From assembly GCA_001599295.1 (NCBI GenBank), contig BCGN01000004.1, forward strand, positions 1,613,676-1,677,675: DNA of 64,000 nt. The letters are read 5' to 3'. Source of the DNA: Sporopachydermia quercuum. Taxonomy: Eukaryota. This document shows positions 33,071 through 45,924 of the stretch, one piece after another (the stretch's first letter is position 1; each line of letters opens with the position of its first letter). A model generated the notes under the pieces. The model had not been told where the DNA came from, searched no databases, and saw only the letters and a list, made by a program, of their open reading frames with translations. Both the position numbers and the translations under genes were made by a program.

Positions 33071-33715
33071 TTTTACTTTTTTGTATGCTGGTTCTATTGT
33101 CATTAGGATGAACTCCACTTAAGATGAACTTCTCATACAATGAGGAAAAAAAAATACAAGAAAGATACAAATGACGCTTCTTCTCCAGGATAGAAAATCT
33201 GTTATCAGGAATACCAAAAGATTTTATATTTTCACCATGCATACTATCCAAGCACGTAGTTGGAAGGTAGTTTCTTTTCTATATATATAACTTGTACATC
33301 TTTGAAGCAAAAAATAGGATCATAGGTAAGATTTTGCCTTGTCATAAGGAGCAGTATTTCAATCTCTGACAGAGAAACAAAAGAGAAATCGAGCCGATAG
33401 AAGGAAAGTGTGAAAAGAAAAAGTTCAGTTTACCGCTCCTAATTCTAAAAGACGACTAATAATATTTTATATAGTTTGGCTGACAGATGGGTAATCAATT
33501 TCAGGTTCTAAAATTTCTCCTTTTTGGTTGTTTGTATGGATGGCGATGGGGAATAGTTATAACATTATAGTTGGATGATAGGTAAAGAGCAATACCGTTT
33601 CCAGCAAAATAGCCTGAAAGATAGGTCCAGCCGAAGATTCTTTTGATCATTTGAAGCATTTACCATTTCAGATGCGAGAGATTTTTCATACTTTGGTTTG
33701 AATAGCATAATAATA

Positions 33716-33728
33716 CCCCGGAAAAAAT
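33716..33728. promoter_or_regulatory. Mig1/CreA-type glucose-repression site in the transketolase promoter
   Basis: CCCCGG followed by AAAAAAT (reverse of the AT-box + SYGGGG consensus). Confidence 0.5.
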
Positions 33729-35619
33729 AGTTTAAGGTTTTGCTACTGGAGATTTACCAGCTAAAGGTTTGACATGTTTGTCGGTTCCTTACCCTAAGAT
33801 CAATAATTACCCGTTAGTTGGGGTAAAGAACTTAGAAAGTTTAAAATATATTCCCGTTAAGTAGCCCAATTTGGACTTGTCGCTCTCAACTGGCTTAAAC
33901 AATAATTTACATATGAACCTTAATATCAATGACGGTAAGAGCTTCGAGTGCTCAATACTACCTACCGTGGTGGTTCCAACTACTTCTACCACCGTTACCG
34001 CCGTAATATTTGAAATTCTGTGGAACGAAATGTGGAGATAGCAACCAGTGTTTCAAACCCAAGAGTTTACATGCATGATTGATGGGGTAGAATTATGGGG
34101 TTTAAGGAGAAGATAGAGTTCGTTGGAGCCAGTTTTGAAGTAGAAGCAAAGAGAAGGAAGAGTTATATAAGAGAATGGATATAAGAGTGAGCGGCAGTAT
34201 GAGTAATAAGACCATATAACGGATGATATATATAATGAGATATTCATTGAATGATGGATAAAAAAAGACTATTGTTTGATTTACGAGAATGTACTTGTAC
34301 ATACTTTATTAGTAAGTCTTTCCCTACAGATATTCGCTAGCTAATAGGTTGTTGCACTCAACTAGGATAGCAATAGTAGTGAACCGTCTGAAAGCTGTCA
34401 ATCACTGTTGACAATAATATTGAACTCTGGTAGGAAATAAAAATTTTGTAGTTTTTCTCAATTACTCATAAACTTGTCGGATTCAGCATGATTGTCGAGG
34501 TATGGATTCAGCTGCTCCCGTCATTTTGGTCCAAGACCTCAGGTTTTCGGGAACTTTGGACGCGACTACCTACAGTTGTTCGAACCAGGCTCCATGCATG
34601 TGGAAAGGATGAAAATGTATGAAGAGATACAAGTAAGAAACAGAGAAGAAAAGTAAAACCGAAAGCCAATAATATAAAATCTTGTCTTTCTATACATATA
34701 AGTTGGTTCACTTCTGAGAGGTATTCTTGAGCATGCCGAGAANGATACTTCAGCAGATACGTGCTATATAATTCATCATTGAGCAGACAAGTATGATATA
34801 CAATATACTATACATACTGTTACGGCATAAAAAAGAATTTATTGTTTATGATTAACTGTAAGTTATGTAGCTCATGAAATGACACCCATTCTATATATAT
34901 CATGCAGACTAACTAGCACTAGCAGAAATGATTCTTTCCTTGTCTGCTGTCGGTTGCATTACTTACTTCGCTTATTGAGGATTCTCTAAAATCCTTTCTT
35001 TTTCATTTATCGTATTTTGCTTGTTACCGACCTCATATAGAATCTTAATTAAAATNGAATTGAAATAGAATTAGCATAGCTGACACCATTGACGATTACT
35101 CTCTTGCTTTGTATAATGAACGCTAGCTCCTATTTCCCAACTTGCGAATCAAGTTAAGTACTCGTCTCGTTAATCGGTTATTTTTGTCCTCTNATGAACG
35201 ATGAACAATGAACAATAAATTGTGAATTATGAATTATGAACTAACTGATAGATAATGAGAAACCGTTTTAATGGATGTTTAATTAAATTTATATAAATAA
35301 AGCTTTAAATAATTGTTTTGGACTTTTATTTATTAATTTCTTTGCACTCTATGCATTTGATAGAGGCTCAGATTAGATGCTCTCAGGAAATGTATAACTA
35401 ACAATTAGAAGTAAGCTGTAGTGTAAGGAATTGTTTAGCATACCAGCGCAGAGAAAGGACATGAATGTGCTACGACTGTCTATTTCAAGAGAGAGAACAA
35501 AATAAGATAAAGAGAAATGTTTTGAATAATGAATATCATGGGACTAAAGGGTTTTGGTTGCCTTGAAATAGAAAGAAGAGTAGATGGGAATTAGCTCAAC
35601 TTGATGTATAGTGAATGCA

Positions 35620-36460
35620 GTTATCTATGCGCATCCCCACTACTAACACTAAGAGGTAGAGAGCTTTGATGGGAGAAGAGCAGTGGAAGGCATTACTGGA
35701 ATCATTGTTTTACCTGCTGGATATACCACTGAAAACCCCAAAATGGATGTCACCCTTTTATCAATGAGTACCAAACGTCGTTGTCATAAGTGGTCAATCA
35801 CTGCGCCACTATATGATTGAAAAGTATACCCCAAGTCAACAGATTCATAAGCTCAAGACAATATGTAAGAAAAATCTCAATGTGGATTCACATTATTCAA
35901 ATATTTCTACTTATACAGTCAATGACTCTTTAGATAGAAACGTTCATTATTCTCCTGGACATTAATCCTCCTGTTCATTTTACTGTGGAACAGGATGGAG
36001 AAATGATTGATACCCATATATTTTCTCGTGCAACTATTAGCATTCTTGTTTACATAGATACCCTTATTGTCATTTCNGCCAATTTCGAAAGCTATCTATC
36101 AAACTTGAAATTGCATTTGGCGATTTGGTAGAAATAAGGCTTCTACTGTTAATAGCACAAGAAATGTATTTCAGACCAAGATTGATATGGTAAGAGGATG
36201 CTGACTATGAACATAACGTGAACATCAACATTTGATATGCGATTCATGCAATACTATAAATTGAGCAGATGTTGAGAAAATAAAGAGCATGTCTAAGAGC
36301 TTTTCCTGCTGTTTCATTAGTATTCATCACAAGGAAATACTATCATTGAAACATATTGGTAGTATATCGATTACAATAATCTACATCAAGAGGCCCACTA
36401 ACTACAAGAGATTCACCAACATTTATGTATCTATTGACTCAACAATTATTTTGCTCAATA
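35620..36460 (+). mobile_element. Degenerate Ty3/gypsy RT to RNase H relic
   Basis: MGEEQWKALLESL..LL (35669-), KWMSPFY (cf. PWASPVF), VVNHCAT, NPPVHF, ILVYIDTLIVISANFESYLSNLKL...HKKC (YID at 36051-; cf. VYIDDIIIFS.TFEEHL...KKC), LRAF, RFTNIYVSIDST (cf. DF.KPF.V.TDAS). Confidence 0.72.
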
Positions 36461-36963
36461 TTTAAACTACCATTATATTCAGAGTGTTTCACCAGCTGGA
36501 TCCGTCTAAAAACAAAATTCATTAACATAAAATAATAGGCAATTAATTACAAGATGTCCTATTATCGATTATTGCAACTAACTATTGCTACTATTCACCA
36601 TACAAGCACCCCCAAACTTTTTTTTGCTTACATTAATGAAAATATGACCAACAACTAACACTGCACCTCAACTTCCCCAACTCGCAGAAATTCTTGTCAT
36701 GTCATTTCTATTCAACACAACAACTCTATTCTTATCCATTTCTTCTACCTCCTACAAATACATGATATGAAGTCATAAATCATATACATTACCATATATA
36801 TCATCGTACATATAATATCGAGTAATAACTATTACTCTACAAAAGTATCATCAATTTTTTTAAAAAATAAACTATAGATATGTCAACCGACCTTCGTTAT
36901 CATCATGAAAAGCATTAAAAACAGTAGTATCAGAACCCTTCGGGAAAATAAAATAATAAAAAA

Positions 36964-38586
36964 CTAGGCTTGCTTATCGTTACCAGAGACTTCAATACTA
37001 ACCTCAGAAAATGAAGTTGATGGCTTTTCAGGTAATATTTCACCGTGATGTTCAAGAATATCTTCATGTCTAGGCATTGATCTTTCGATCTTGACAACGT
37101 CCCAGGGAGTCTTGGGGTTTGATTGTTGGAAAACTTTGTCCATATCTTCCAAGGACCTGCCGGTGGTTTCAGGATAAAGAATGTAAACAACTGGGACAAT
37201 AGCCATGTTCAAAACAGCGAAAATGATATAAGTTCTGTAACCAATGGATTCAAAAGCAACAGGAGTAATCATGACAACCATGAAGTTGAAACTCCAGTTG
37301 GCAGCTGTAGAAATACCATTGATAGGAGCTCTGACCTCTAAAGGAGCAATTTCAGCAGGGTATAACCAGGGGATACCTAACCAACCAACGGCAAAGAAAC
37401 TGTTGAAAACGAATAAAGCAACAGCAGCAACAATTGGTGGTCCACTAACATGCTTGACTTCTGAAGCCCACATAGTGGTAGCTAAAACTACCATAGTTAA
37501 TGACATACCGAGAGCACAACTCAGCATAAGAGCTCTTCTACCATATCTTTCAATCAAAGGATAAGCAAGAATAGAAGCAAGGAAATACTCAGTACCATTA
37601 CAAGCAGCCAAAATTCTAGAGTTCAAAGGAGTCATACCAATGTATTGCTCATAGATGGTACCAGCATAGTAAGTAATTAAGTTGATACCAGATAATTGTT
37701 GCATGGCTTGAGTCCAGAAAGCAAGCATGGCTCTGTGGAAATGTTTGTTTTCGCCATTAGAAATAATGGACTTGAAATCAAAAAGCTTACCAGAGTCTTC
37801 CTTTTGAGATAAAGTTTCAACTTCGGCAATTTTTTGAAGAATAGCAGGATCATTAGGTTCAGCATCTTCCAAGATAGCAAAGATAACTTGAGCTTCATAA
37901 ACTCTCTTCTTCTTAATCAACCATCTAGGAGATTCAGGAGCAAAATAAAATAAAATTACAACAGCAATACAGAAAAAACATTGGAAGGCGATAGGGAATC
38001 TCCAGCCAACAGAGTTGTGGGGAACAAAGTAGAAACCAAAACCAATCCAATAAGAAAGCATGACACCGAGAATATTGAAAACACAAGCAAGCATCACAGC
38101 TTTACCTCTGTGGGAAGCTCTCGAACATTCAGACTGCCAAGTTGGGATTGTAGAGGTATTGAAACCATTTCCAAGACCAGAAATAACTCTACCAGTGATT
38201 AGTTGACCGAGAGAGAAAGACGAACATTGTAAGATAACACCAATGCACATAATGGAAGCACCACTCATAATCATTCTTCTCCTACCAAAAGTATCACCAT
38301 AAACCATACCGAATAATGCACCCATCATACATCCAATTTCGTAGATAGCAACGGTAACACCTTGAATAGTCGCAGTGTTGTCGGAGGTATTNCGACTAGT
38401 ATCAATTCTAGGGAAGGTTTCTCTGAAATTTGGCAATGTCAATAAGCTTCCCATGACACCTTGAGCGTAACCAAAAAGAAGAAAACCAACACCAGCAACA
38501 CATGCTGTATAAAGTTGAAGCCTTTTACCTCTAACTCCGAAGAACTGAGTTACTTCGGTATTATCCCTATCTAAGAAACCAACCAT
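36964..38586 (-). CDS. MFS sugar porter, STL1-like (glycerol/polyol:H+ symporter subfamily)
   Basis: GFLLFGYAQGVMG, GDTFGRRR, GRVISGLGNG.NTSTIPTWQSEC, PESPRWL, MQQLSGINLITYY, PWLYPAEI, YPETTGRSLEDMD. Confidence 0.93.
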   Translation of the reverse strand: MVGFLDRDNTEVTQFFGVRGKRLQLYTACVAGVGFLLFGYAQGVMGSLLTLPNFRETFPRIDTSXNTSDNTATIQGVTVAIYEIGCMMGALFGMVYGDTFGRRRMIMSGASIMCIGVILQCSSFSLGQLITGRVISGLGNGFNTSTIPTWQSECSRASHRGKAVMLACVFNILGVMLSYWIGFGFYFVPHNSVGWRFPIAFQCFFCIAVVILFYFAPESPRWLIKKKRVYEAQVIFAILEDAEPNDPAILQKIAEVETLSQKEDSGKLFDFKSIISNGENKHFHRAMLAFWTQAMQQLSGINLITYYAGTIYEQYIGMTPLNSRILAACNGTEYFLASILAYPLIERYGRRALMLSCALGMSLTMVVLATTMWASEVKHVSGPPIVAAVALFVFNSFFAVGWLGIPWLYPAEIAPLEVRAPINGISTAANWSFNFMVVMITPVAFESIGYRTYIIFAVLNMAIVPVVYILYPETTGRSLEDMDKVFQQSNPKTPWDVVKIERSMPRHEDILEHHGEILPEKPSTSFSEVSIEVSGNDKQA

Positions 38587-39251
38587 TTTGAAAGTTATAT
38601 GTTATGTGATCTAGTTTGTGATGTTGTATATATGTTGTATATAGAAGATCTAAGGTAAAGTAAGAGAGATGCAGTATAATTCAACATTTCTTCGATGCAA
38701 ACATTTGGTGGGATAGCTGATGCTTTTATACTTAATGTTCATCGAAAAAGGAAAATCAATTTAGAATATATAATGATAGTGATTGAGTATAAACAGTACA
38801 GAGAATTGAAAAAATAGGAAATACAAATGATTTCAGTAAAGTTCTCTGCTTTTGTCTAAATTAAAAGAATAAGAATGCGATAATAATAAAATTAAGATTT
38901 CTCCACAGTTTACTAATTATTCAGGGACGTTCAAATAATCGAAAGATTGGTTATAAGACCGTAAAAAGCCTCAATTATGTGAGTATTTAAAGTATGTCAT
39001 GATGAAAAACGTAGATAGAGCCACGAAATGTATCTTTTTTTAAGTTTATAGTTAAGGTTTAGTAAATGCTGAAAGTCTTAGTATGGGGCTAGTTGTTTCA
39101 GAGTTTAATATTAAGGAGTTCAGTGGGTTGAATGGATGGAAACGTGAGGAAAGCCGCCCAAGCAAAATTAGAATTACAATTTACCCCGGACAGAATGAAA
39201 CTCAAATTAGAGTTAATATGAGTTCTTATCACTTTGCCCCGAGAGTATGTT

Positions 39252-39264
39252 ATTTAACCTGGGG
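39252..39264. promoter_or_regulatory. Mig1/CreA-type site in the transporter promoter
   Basis: ATTTAAC-CTGGGG; a further CCCCGG at 39184-39189. Confidence 0.45.
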
Positions 39265-40129
39265 TTTAGGGATGCTCAAGCCGTTCAATGCGAAAAAATG
39301 AACTTGAATTTTGCCCTTGAAAATGCAGTGCTCAGAACAAATTGGGTGATTTAATTTCTGGAGTTATGTCATCGAGGAATTTCTTCTAGGGTGTTGGGGA
39401 AATCATTCAGCTTATGTAGTACATCTTTAGATTCTTCTAATGGTAGGCTTTCCGGACGTGGGTTTTCGAAGTATTGCAATATGCGGGANGGTCAGAAGAT
39501 CTGGGAAAAGGCACTAGAACTTCAAGATTTCATCAGAAGAGTTTCTTACAAAGGGTACGACAGCTGTAATTCAGGAGGCAAAATTGTTGTTGATCCAGTA
39601 AATTTTTTATATTCTTGATATTCGGATGATGTGTGTATAAATGGAGTAACTATGCACAACATTACGATTAACTATATGATTANAAAAGAAGTCCAGACAA
39701 AAGGTAAACCTCCGAAGGTTTGTTCAGCACATGTACGGAAAANGTTTTAAGGTTTATCTATGACATATCTATTGGAAACTTAATTTCTAGATTGGATTGC
39801 TCCCCATTGTCTTCATCGCCATACTGAGTTAGAGAATTGTAAGCATCGTAAACATTGGAAATATATTTTATGAGAGGAAGAACAAGGAGGGTGGGAGGAG
39901 ATTATTACTAGTTAGCGTATAATCTAAAAAGTAGATACATGTTTATGAATTTCTTTGCTCACCAAATTATGTTGATATATTCAATATAAGAACTAGGTAT
40001 GTAACGCAATACAGATCTATGATAGCCACACCTTTGTCTATCAGAAGACTGTTAAGAATGCAGAACAAACAGGTAAGATATAGAACACTAGAACTTTTAG
40101 TCAAAGTATCATTTTAACAATCACTTTCC

Positions 40130-42480
40130 GGTTTTCCTTTGAAAAAGTTAAATAGGTTGAAATTTAATTGGAGTTAAAAGTCTTTCGCAAAAGTGGGGAT
40201 CATCATCGGTATATCAACTTATTTTTTCTTCTGCTTTCCTTTTTCTTTATAATTCTGTAACTCTATGCTAATTCGTTAGGAGTCAATTACTCTAGCCTCG
40301 CTTAGCAAAACACTTATTTCAGATAGATTTCCAATTGTAAAGATTATGGGCTAATAGAGAAAATGTAGCTACAAGAATCTCCTACTGTTATTACATACAA
40401 AGTTACTGTCTTTCCTGAAGTAAGTACAAGTTCCATACATAATCTGATTATAGTAGTAAGTTACAATGTAATCAATAAGAATCAGTATATCGTCTAATAG
40501 ATACTTGCATTTCACCAACACCAATTAGTGGTCAGTCAATCGTATCATTATCATAGAAGCAAAATGCTTTCACAGATATATGGTTTATGGTTTAATATTA
40601 ATTGCTTAATTAATATATTGTTACCGATCTATTGGAAAATTGGAGAGTTTATATAAACATTTTCAAAGATATAGCATTCGAATTCCAAACCGGCTTGGAG
40701 CTTGTGAAAGATGAGGAGTTGATATCTTTATAAATCATGTATTATCCTATGATTATTCAGTAGGTCAGAACATAAAATGCACCATGCATTCAAAGCAAAT
40801 ATGAAAAATAAAAATAAAAATAAAAAATATTGAAGAAATCAACCAAAAAGGTTTGTTTTAATGGTATATTTATGGTAGATATATCAGACAACACTTATAC
40901 AATTTTAAGTAATGAGAGCAGGCGTCTATTAGTTGGCGCTGGTGCTGGTATTTCATACTCATATTATATGATATTCCCAACTACTCGACCTGTTATTAAA
41001 GTAAAGAGATTATAAATCTCTATTAAAGACAGATTTAAGGGTTACCTCCCCATAGAGCAAGTTTCAATAAATTGCTCAATAAGGACTTTTGTTTGACATC
41101 TTTTGAAAAGTATAATCACATCTTTTTCTTCATTCTACTTCCATTTTGATTATTTTCTTTTTTCAGTACAAGCAATTGTTTATTTTTTTTAATTGAGCAT
41201 AAAACATATCTGATGGTGATTTTACTCGGAACTATTAGAAAACTGGAAACTTGTTTGTAAATCAAAAGATCACTCAAAGTTAACCATTGAATGATGAGTT
41301 ACGAGAAAAATGATCACAAAGACTGTAGCTCTGTTTGAAAAATAAATACAAATATTGTTTCTTTTCTACCAAAGAGTTAACTATAAAAATGTAGGTGAGG
41401 TTTGATGAATCTTTTATTGGTTCTCAGAGGATAGTTGTTAGTTGATTGGGTTACCATGTGTGATTCCTTGTATTTAGAGAGTTACAATTATGATTTATTT
41501 TCCTCAGTTATAAGTTATGATTGGAAATTTCGATACTCAAGAAAAAAACAACTAATGATAGCTAATAGTCTGAAGAAAGACGCATTGAATAACTTCATGT
41601 CAAGGACTCCTTTTCTATGAGCAAGACTTACAGTAGGCACTGAAAAATTTCTTTCTAACGAGGTATTCTCCGTCTCTGAAAAATGGATAATTGACAGTAA
41701 AATGAGCTTATTAGTGTCTTTTCATGATATTTACTTAAATATCAGCTATGTTGTTCAACCAAATATACATCAGTCAAGATGAGTGTACATTTGAATCTGA
41801 AACTTCAATTTCATAAAGGTGTCTTTTAGATGACAAGACGGACTTCTAGCTGATGAACAGCTATGGCAATATTATTATTATACAACTTTTCAACAACTTC
41901 TTGAGTTTATAGATGTTCGTCAAAATCCTCTCATTCTCATGAATCTTCTCCGCTATTCATTTTAAATTCAGTTGTAAATGCTCACTACTTGCGCCAATAT
42001 AAAGTTGACTCTTTCGATAGTGAAATAAAGTTAAAATAAGAAAACTTTCCACTTCCAAATAAGGAACAATGTACGTTAAAGAAACTAAGTTAATGTTTCA
42101 TTATTGGACAACGTTATAATGAAATGAGATTAAGCTTTCGGACATTTTAATCCTCCTGGAGCTTAACTTTAAGTAAACCAGATAATATTTTAAAGTTTCC
42201 CCTGGTTACAGATCCAAATCAGGAACCAAAACTATAAACTTTCGACGAATTGTCCTCCAGGCTATTTCGACACAATAGGAAATGAAAAACCGATATTAGT
42301 ATAATGTACCTCCCCAAAAGTGAGAGATCATCTTATGCTCATTAGACAATAAAAATCTTTCTCTTTAGTTTATTTAAAATTAGAACAAGAGACTGAAACA
42401 ACTAGACATAACTCTTGGCTATGAGTGAATCACCTCAAACTTGTGGTCAAATGGAAACCACCTCAGGTATTTGATTTCAT
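40130..42480 (+). mobile_element. Near-complete but heavily decayed Ty3/gypsy pol (RT, RNase H, integrase) between the transporter and the SDR
   Basis: GVNYSSL/SKTLISDRFPIVKI (40279-), HFQRY, VDIFINHVLSY (YxDD position about 40727), STKEL (KEL at 41371), SYDWKFRYSRKKQLMIANSL (41513-; cf. YDF.I.Y..GK.N..ADAL), FPLPNK...LS*CFIIG (42046-), LPKS, SPQTCGQME (42430-; cf. HPQTDGQTE); domain order and most spacings fit Ty3/gypsy. Confidence 0.75.
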
Positions 42481-43298
42481 AAGTCAGATATCACTAGCGT
42501 AGATCTACTTGAATGTTGGCCATTTAAGGTTATCCATCTCTAAAGTTGAAGAACTGAGATTTCTTAACTAAGTTTTATTGACAGCTATTCATGCAAGGAT
42601 CATATAGCAATTGTAAGACAGGCCACCCTTATCGTTTTCAGCAGGAAAGAATAGCTAGCATATACAAGCAGAGGCAGCATTTCTCCATAAGCCAAGCCAT
42701 GGAAATGAAAGCTCATCAAGAGAGACGTCCTGCAAAAATAAGGTTTTGTAGTTATTATAGTAGGTTGGGTACTAGTTGAGTAATGTTTCTCATCCTACCT
42801 AACTTGCTTAAGCTGTGCTTCATCTCATAATTAGCAAATTTCATCTACAAGTCAAAAAAAAAAACATGAATATAGTATTGTATAGTGCTTATCAAAACAG
42901 AACTAACTACATAGAAATTCTAATGTTGAGTTGTGTTTTCTTTTATTTATCCTAAAAGCTCAATTTCCCCACTGTTTACTTTCTTTTTTCTGGGCAAAGA
43001 AGTATTAAACATTTTCCCCATGATTCTCCCCAGTCTTCAACCAAAACTTCATTAATCCAGATTTGTTTATAGAATTATCTCTTATTAGTGCAGCTTGATA
43101 TTTTCATTATCCTATTGAAAACTTACATCCTCGAAAGCTTCTTAATCATCTAACTTTCCCCTATATATCCTTGCAATGTTCATTTAGAGACATTGCGAAA
43201 TACCTTGAACAGCTTAAAGTTTGCTNAACCACGCGTAAACTGACGTTTAGGTCAGTTTGCCGTATAGTATTCTTTCTCATTTACTCCAATTTGGAAGC

Positions 43299-43310
43299 AA
43301 ATTTCTGGGG
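43299..43310. promoter_or_regulatory. Mig1/CreA-type site in the SDR promoter
   Basis: AAATTT-CTGGGG; further CCCCAC (42967) and CCCCAG (43028). Confidence 0.5.
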
Positions 43311-44036
43311 TAAAAACAAGAAATAACGTAATAACCTCACCAAGCCATCGATCAAGTTTCTGGTATCCTCTAGAACATAGCCTGTTCAACAGTACCCTCA
43401 TTTGTTTTCCTCTACTATTTGTATTTCAGAACACTTACTTTTGTTTCGATCTTTCTAGAGATAAAGACCAATTTATCCGAAGCATCTGTCATCTAAATTC
43501 TGACTTCCAATTAATCCGAATCGAACTTACAATTACTGCCCCATACTATTTGCTATTTAACAGTGTGGAGAAACCAAACCTTAGTTTGATTAATTAGTAC
43601 TTAAAGTTTAAATTCAAAAACTTTAAATCTCTGTATGGAAACCTCTCCAGGTTTTACTCTCATTATTAGCCTAGAAATTACTTTACCCTCAGGCCGGTAA
43701 TTAACTAATAGGCTATGTTATTAGAATTGGGGGAGAGCTATTTTGAGCTATATTACTTACATCAAAATCGTAGACTAAATGTTGTGAAGGCTGAACTTCA
43801 CTTGTTATTATTCATTTTGTTAGTATTCTCCTTCGTTGCTATTCTCCCTCTTTTATTCAATGCCATTGTGTTTGACCTTGTCTGTAATATATAAATCTCT
43901 CAGTGTCGATTTCAACCCTTAATTGCCATTTCCCTTTTTGCTTTGGATTTCCTCCCTCTTTGTTTCCATCTTTCGTTGATTATCTGAATATCGCTATAGC
44001 GCATCACCAATAGCACATATCATAAGATCCTTCCTG

Positions 44037-44900
44037 ATGGTTAAAAATTTTGAAGACAACGTCGCAGAGACTTCGTACATTCTCAATGATCCGAGTCCTT
44101 TACCTAAACCTGATCCCAAGCTTGCTGAGAATGTCTTGGACCTTTTCTCCTTGAAAGGTAAGATTGCAGTGGTAACTGGAGCTGGTCAAGGTATTGGTTA
44201 CTCAGTTATTGAAGCATACGCTCAAGCAGGTGCCGATGTCGCCCTTTGGGATCTTTATGATGCTTCAGAAACTGCTAAAAAACTAGCTGCCAAGTACGGT
44301 GTTAAAGCAATTGCTTATGCTTGTGATGTTACCGACTCTGAAGCTGTTGCACTAACCGTCAAACAAATTGAAGCAGATTTCGGCACCATTGATGTTTTCG
44401 TTGCCAACGCTGGTATCAACATTAACATTGGTTCCGTTGTTGACGAAGAATACAAAGATGCCAACTGGAAGAAGGTTTTAGATATAAACATTAACGGTGT
44501 TTTCTACTGTGCTCGTAATGTTGGTAAGATATTCAAGAAGAAGAACGGTGGTTCTTTCATAATCACTGGTTCCATGTCTGGTTTCATTATCAACACTCCT
44601 GTCCACCAAGCTGCATACAACACTTCCAAGGCTGCTGTTGTCCATATGGCAAAGTCTCTTGCTATTGAGTTTGTTGGTTTTAACGCTAGAGTCAATTCCA
44701 TTTCTCCTGGTTATGTCAACTCTGGCATAAATGATCATTTACCTCATTCTACCAGACAAAGGTGGTGGAGTACTATTCCCATGGGTCGTGAAGGTTTAAC
44801 AAAGGAGTTAGTTGGTGCTTACTTATACCTTGCTACTGACGCTTCCTCCTATACAACTGGTGCTGACATCAGAATTGATGGTGGTTTCACTATCTGCTAA
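44037..44900 (+). CDS. Short-chain dehydrogenase/reductase, Sou1/mannitol-dehydrogenase/L-xylulose-reductase-like
   Basis: PLPKPDPKLAENVLDLFSLKGK, TGAGQGIG, DVFVANAG, SMSG, YNTSK catalytic motif, ARVNSISPGY, YLYLATDASSYTTG.DIRIDGG. Confidence 0.92.
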   Translation: MVKNFEDNVAETSYILNDPSPLPKPDPKLAENVLDLFSLKGKIAVVTGAGQGIGYSVIEAYAQAGADVALWDLYDASETAKKLAAKYGVKAIAYACDVTDSEAVALTVKQIEADFGTIDVFVANAGININIGSVVDEEYKDANWKKVLDININGVFYCARNVGKIFKKKNGGSFIITGSMSGFIINTPVHQAAYNTSKAAVVHMAKSLAIEFVGFNARVNSISPGYVNSGINDHLPHSTRQRWWSTIPMGREGLTKELVGAYLYLATDASSYTTGADIRIDGGFTIC

Positions 44901-45924
44901 TCAGACTGGTAATAGTAAATAAATCCTGTTGGGAGAAAGTAATGTTATTTTTTATGGATGAAACAATGAAATCATGCTTGACAGTTTAAACTAGTGTGAG
45001 TTTTTGGTAGCTGATTTAACTGTTAATAGATTGATAATGATAATACAATCTGTAATATGGTAATGATAATGAGAGATGAATTATTGCAATTGTTGTGCCA
45101 GTAACGTAACTTACAGTAATCTGTTAAGTGTAATTAATGTAAGAGGTTTTTGCAATTGCTCGTNTAAAATTACTTGAATTGGTAATTAATGATAAGCATT
45201 AATTATTGCAATCATTTTACGTGGTCTTGTTGGGTGACAAGAACGAGTACGATTAATTGATGCATTATTAATTGCAGTATAACAGTATAATTATTACTCT
45301 GCTGGGTTACTATTTCTATTTCTACGATTGTTTCTGAATTACTGCCGTTTCCTTAATTCATGTTTGTTGGAATAACATATAATAGTTTTTATGCTTGGGA
45401 TTTTCAAGACTGGAGACGAGAGATATCTGCCCGGTCAAAGACTGATCCGAATGATGTCAGTTCTTAACAATTGTTTGGCTGGAAGATATGACGAGAATAC
45501 GGTGAATACTGAATAAACCAAAACATACTGCGTCATTAGATAAACATTTAAAACTAAAGTGTTTCCCGTAATTAATTCGGTACTTGAAAAAGTGTTCACA
45601 AAGAATCTATAGTACATCTTATAGTTATAATAATAGTTTGATCTCTCCAATACTCGTAGTAACAGTAATANATTGTTTGATAAAAGTGTGCAAGGATCAA
45701 TAAACGAAACGTCCTTGAAATCAGTAACTGTAAGTATCATATAGACAATTGACAATAATAGGAAGATAAGCAAATAACATTAGCCGTTGTAGAAAGAGAT
45801 CGGACAGAATAGCTAGTAATACTATTGTCAGTTGAATCCTACCAGACGATGATCTCCATTTGATAACCTTTACCTAACTTAGCCGTTCTCCATTTCCTCT
45901 TCCTATTCTATTCTATCACCATTC

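Noticed and set aside
34400..34660. Possible RpiB (ribose-5-phosphate isomerase B) pseudogene next to the DAS-like gene (HKLVGF..., FGPR..., FEPGSMHVERMK)
   Set aside because: Similarity is spread over different frames with wrong spacing and no CGTG motif; it needs an HMM test before any claim.
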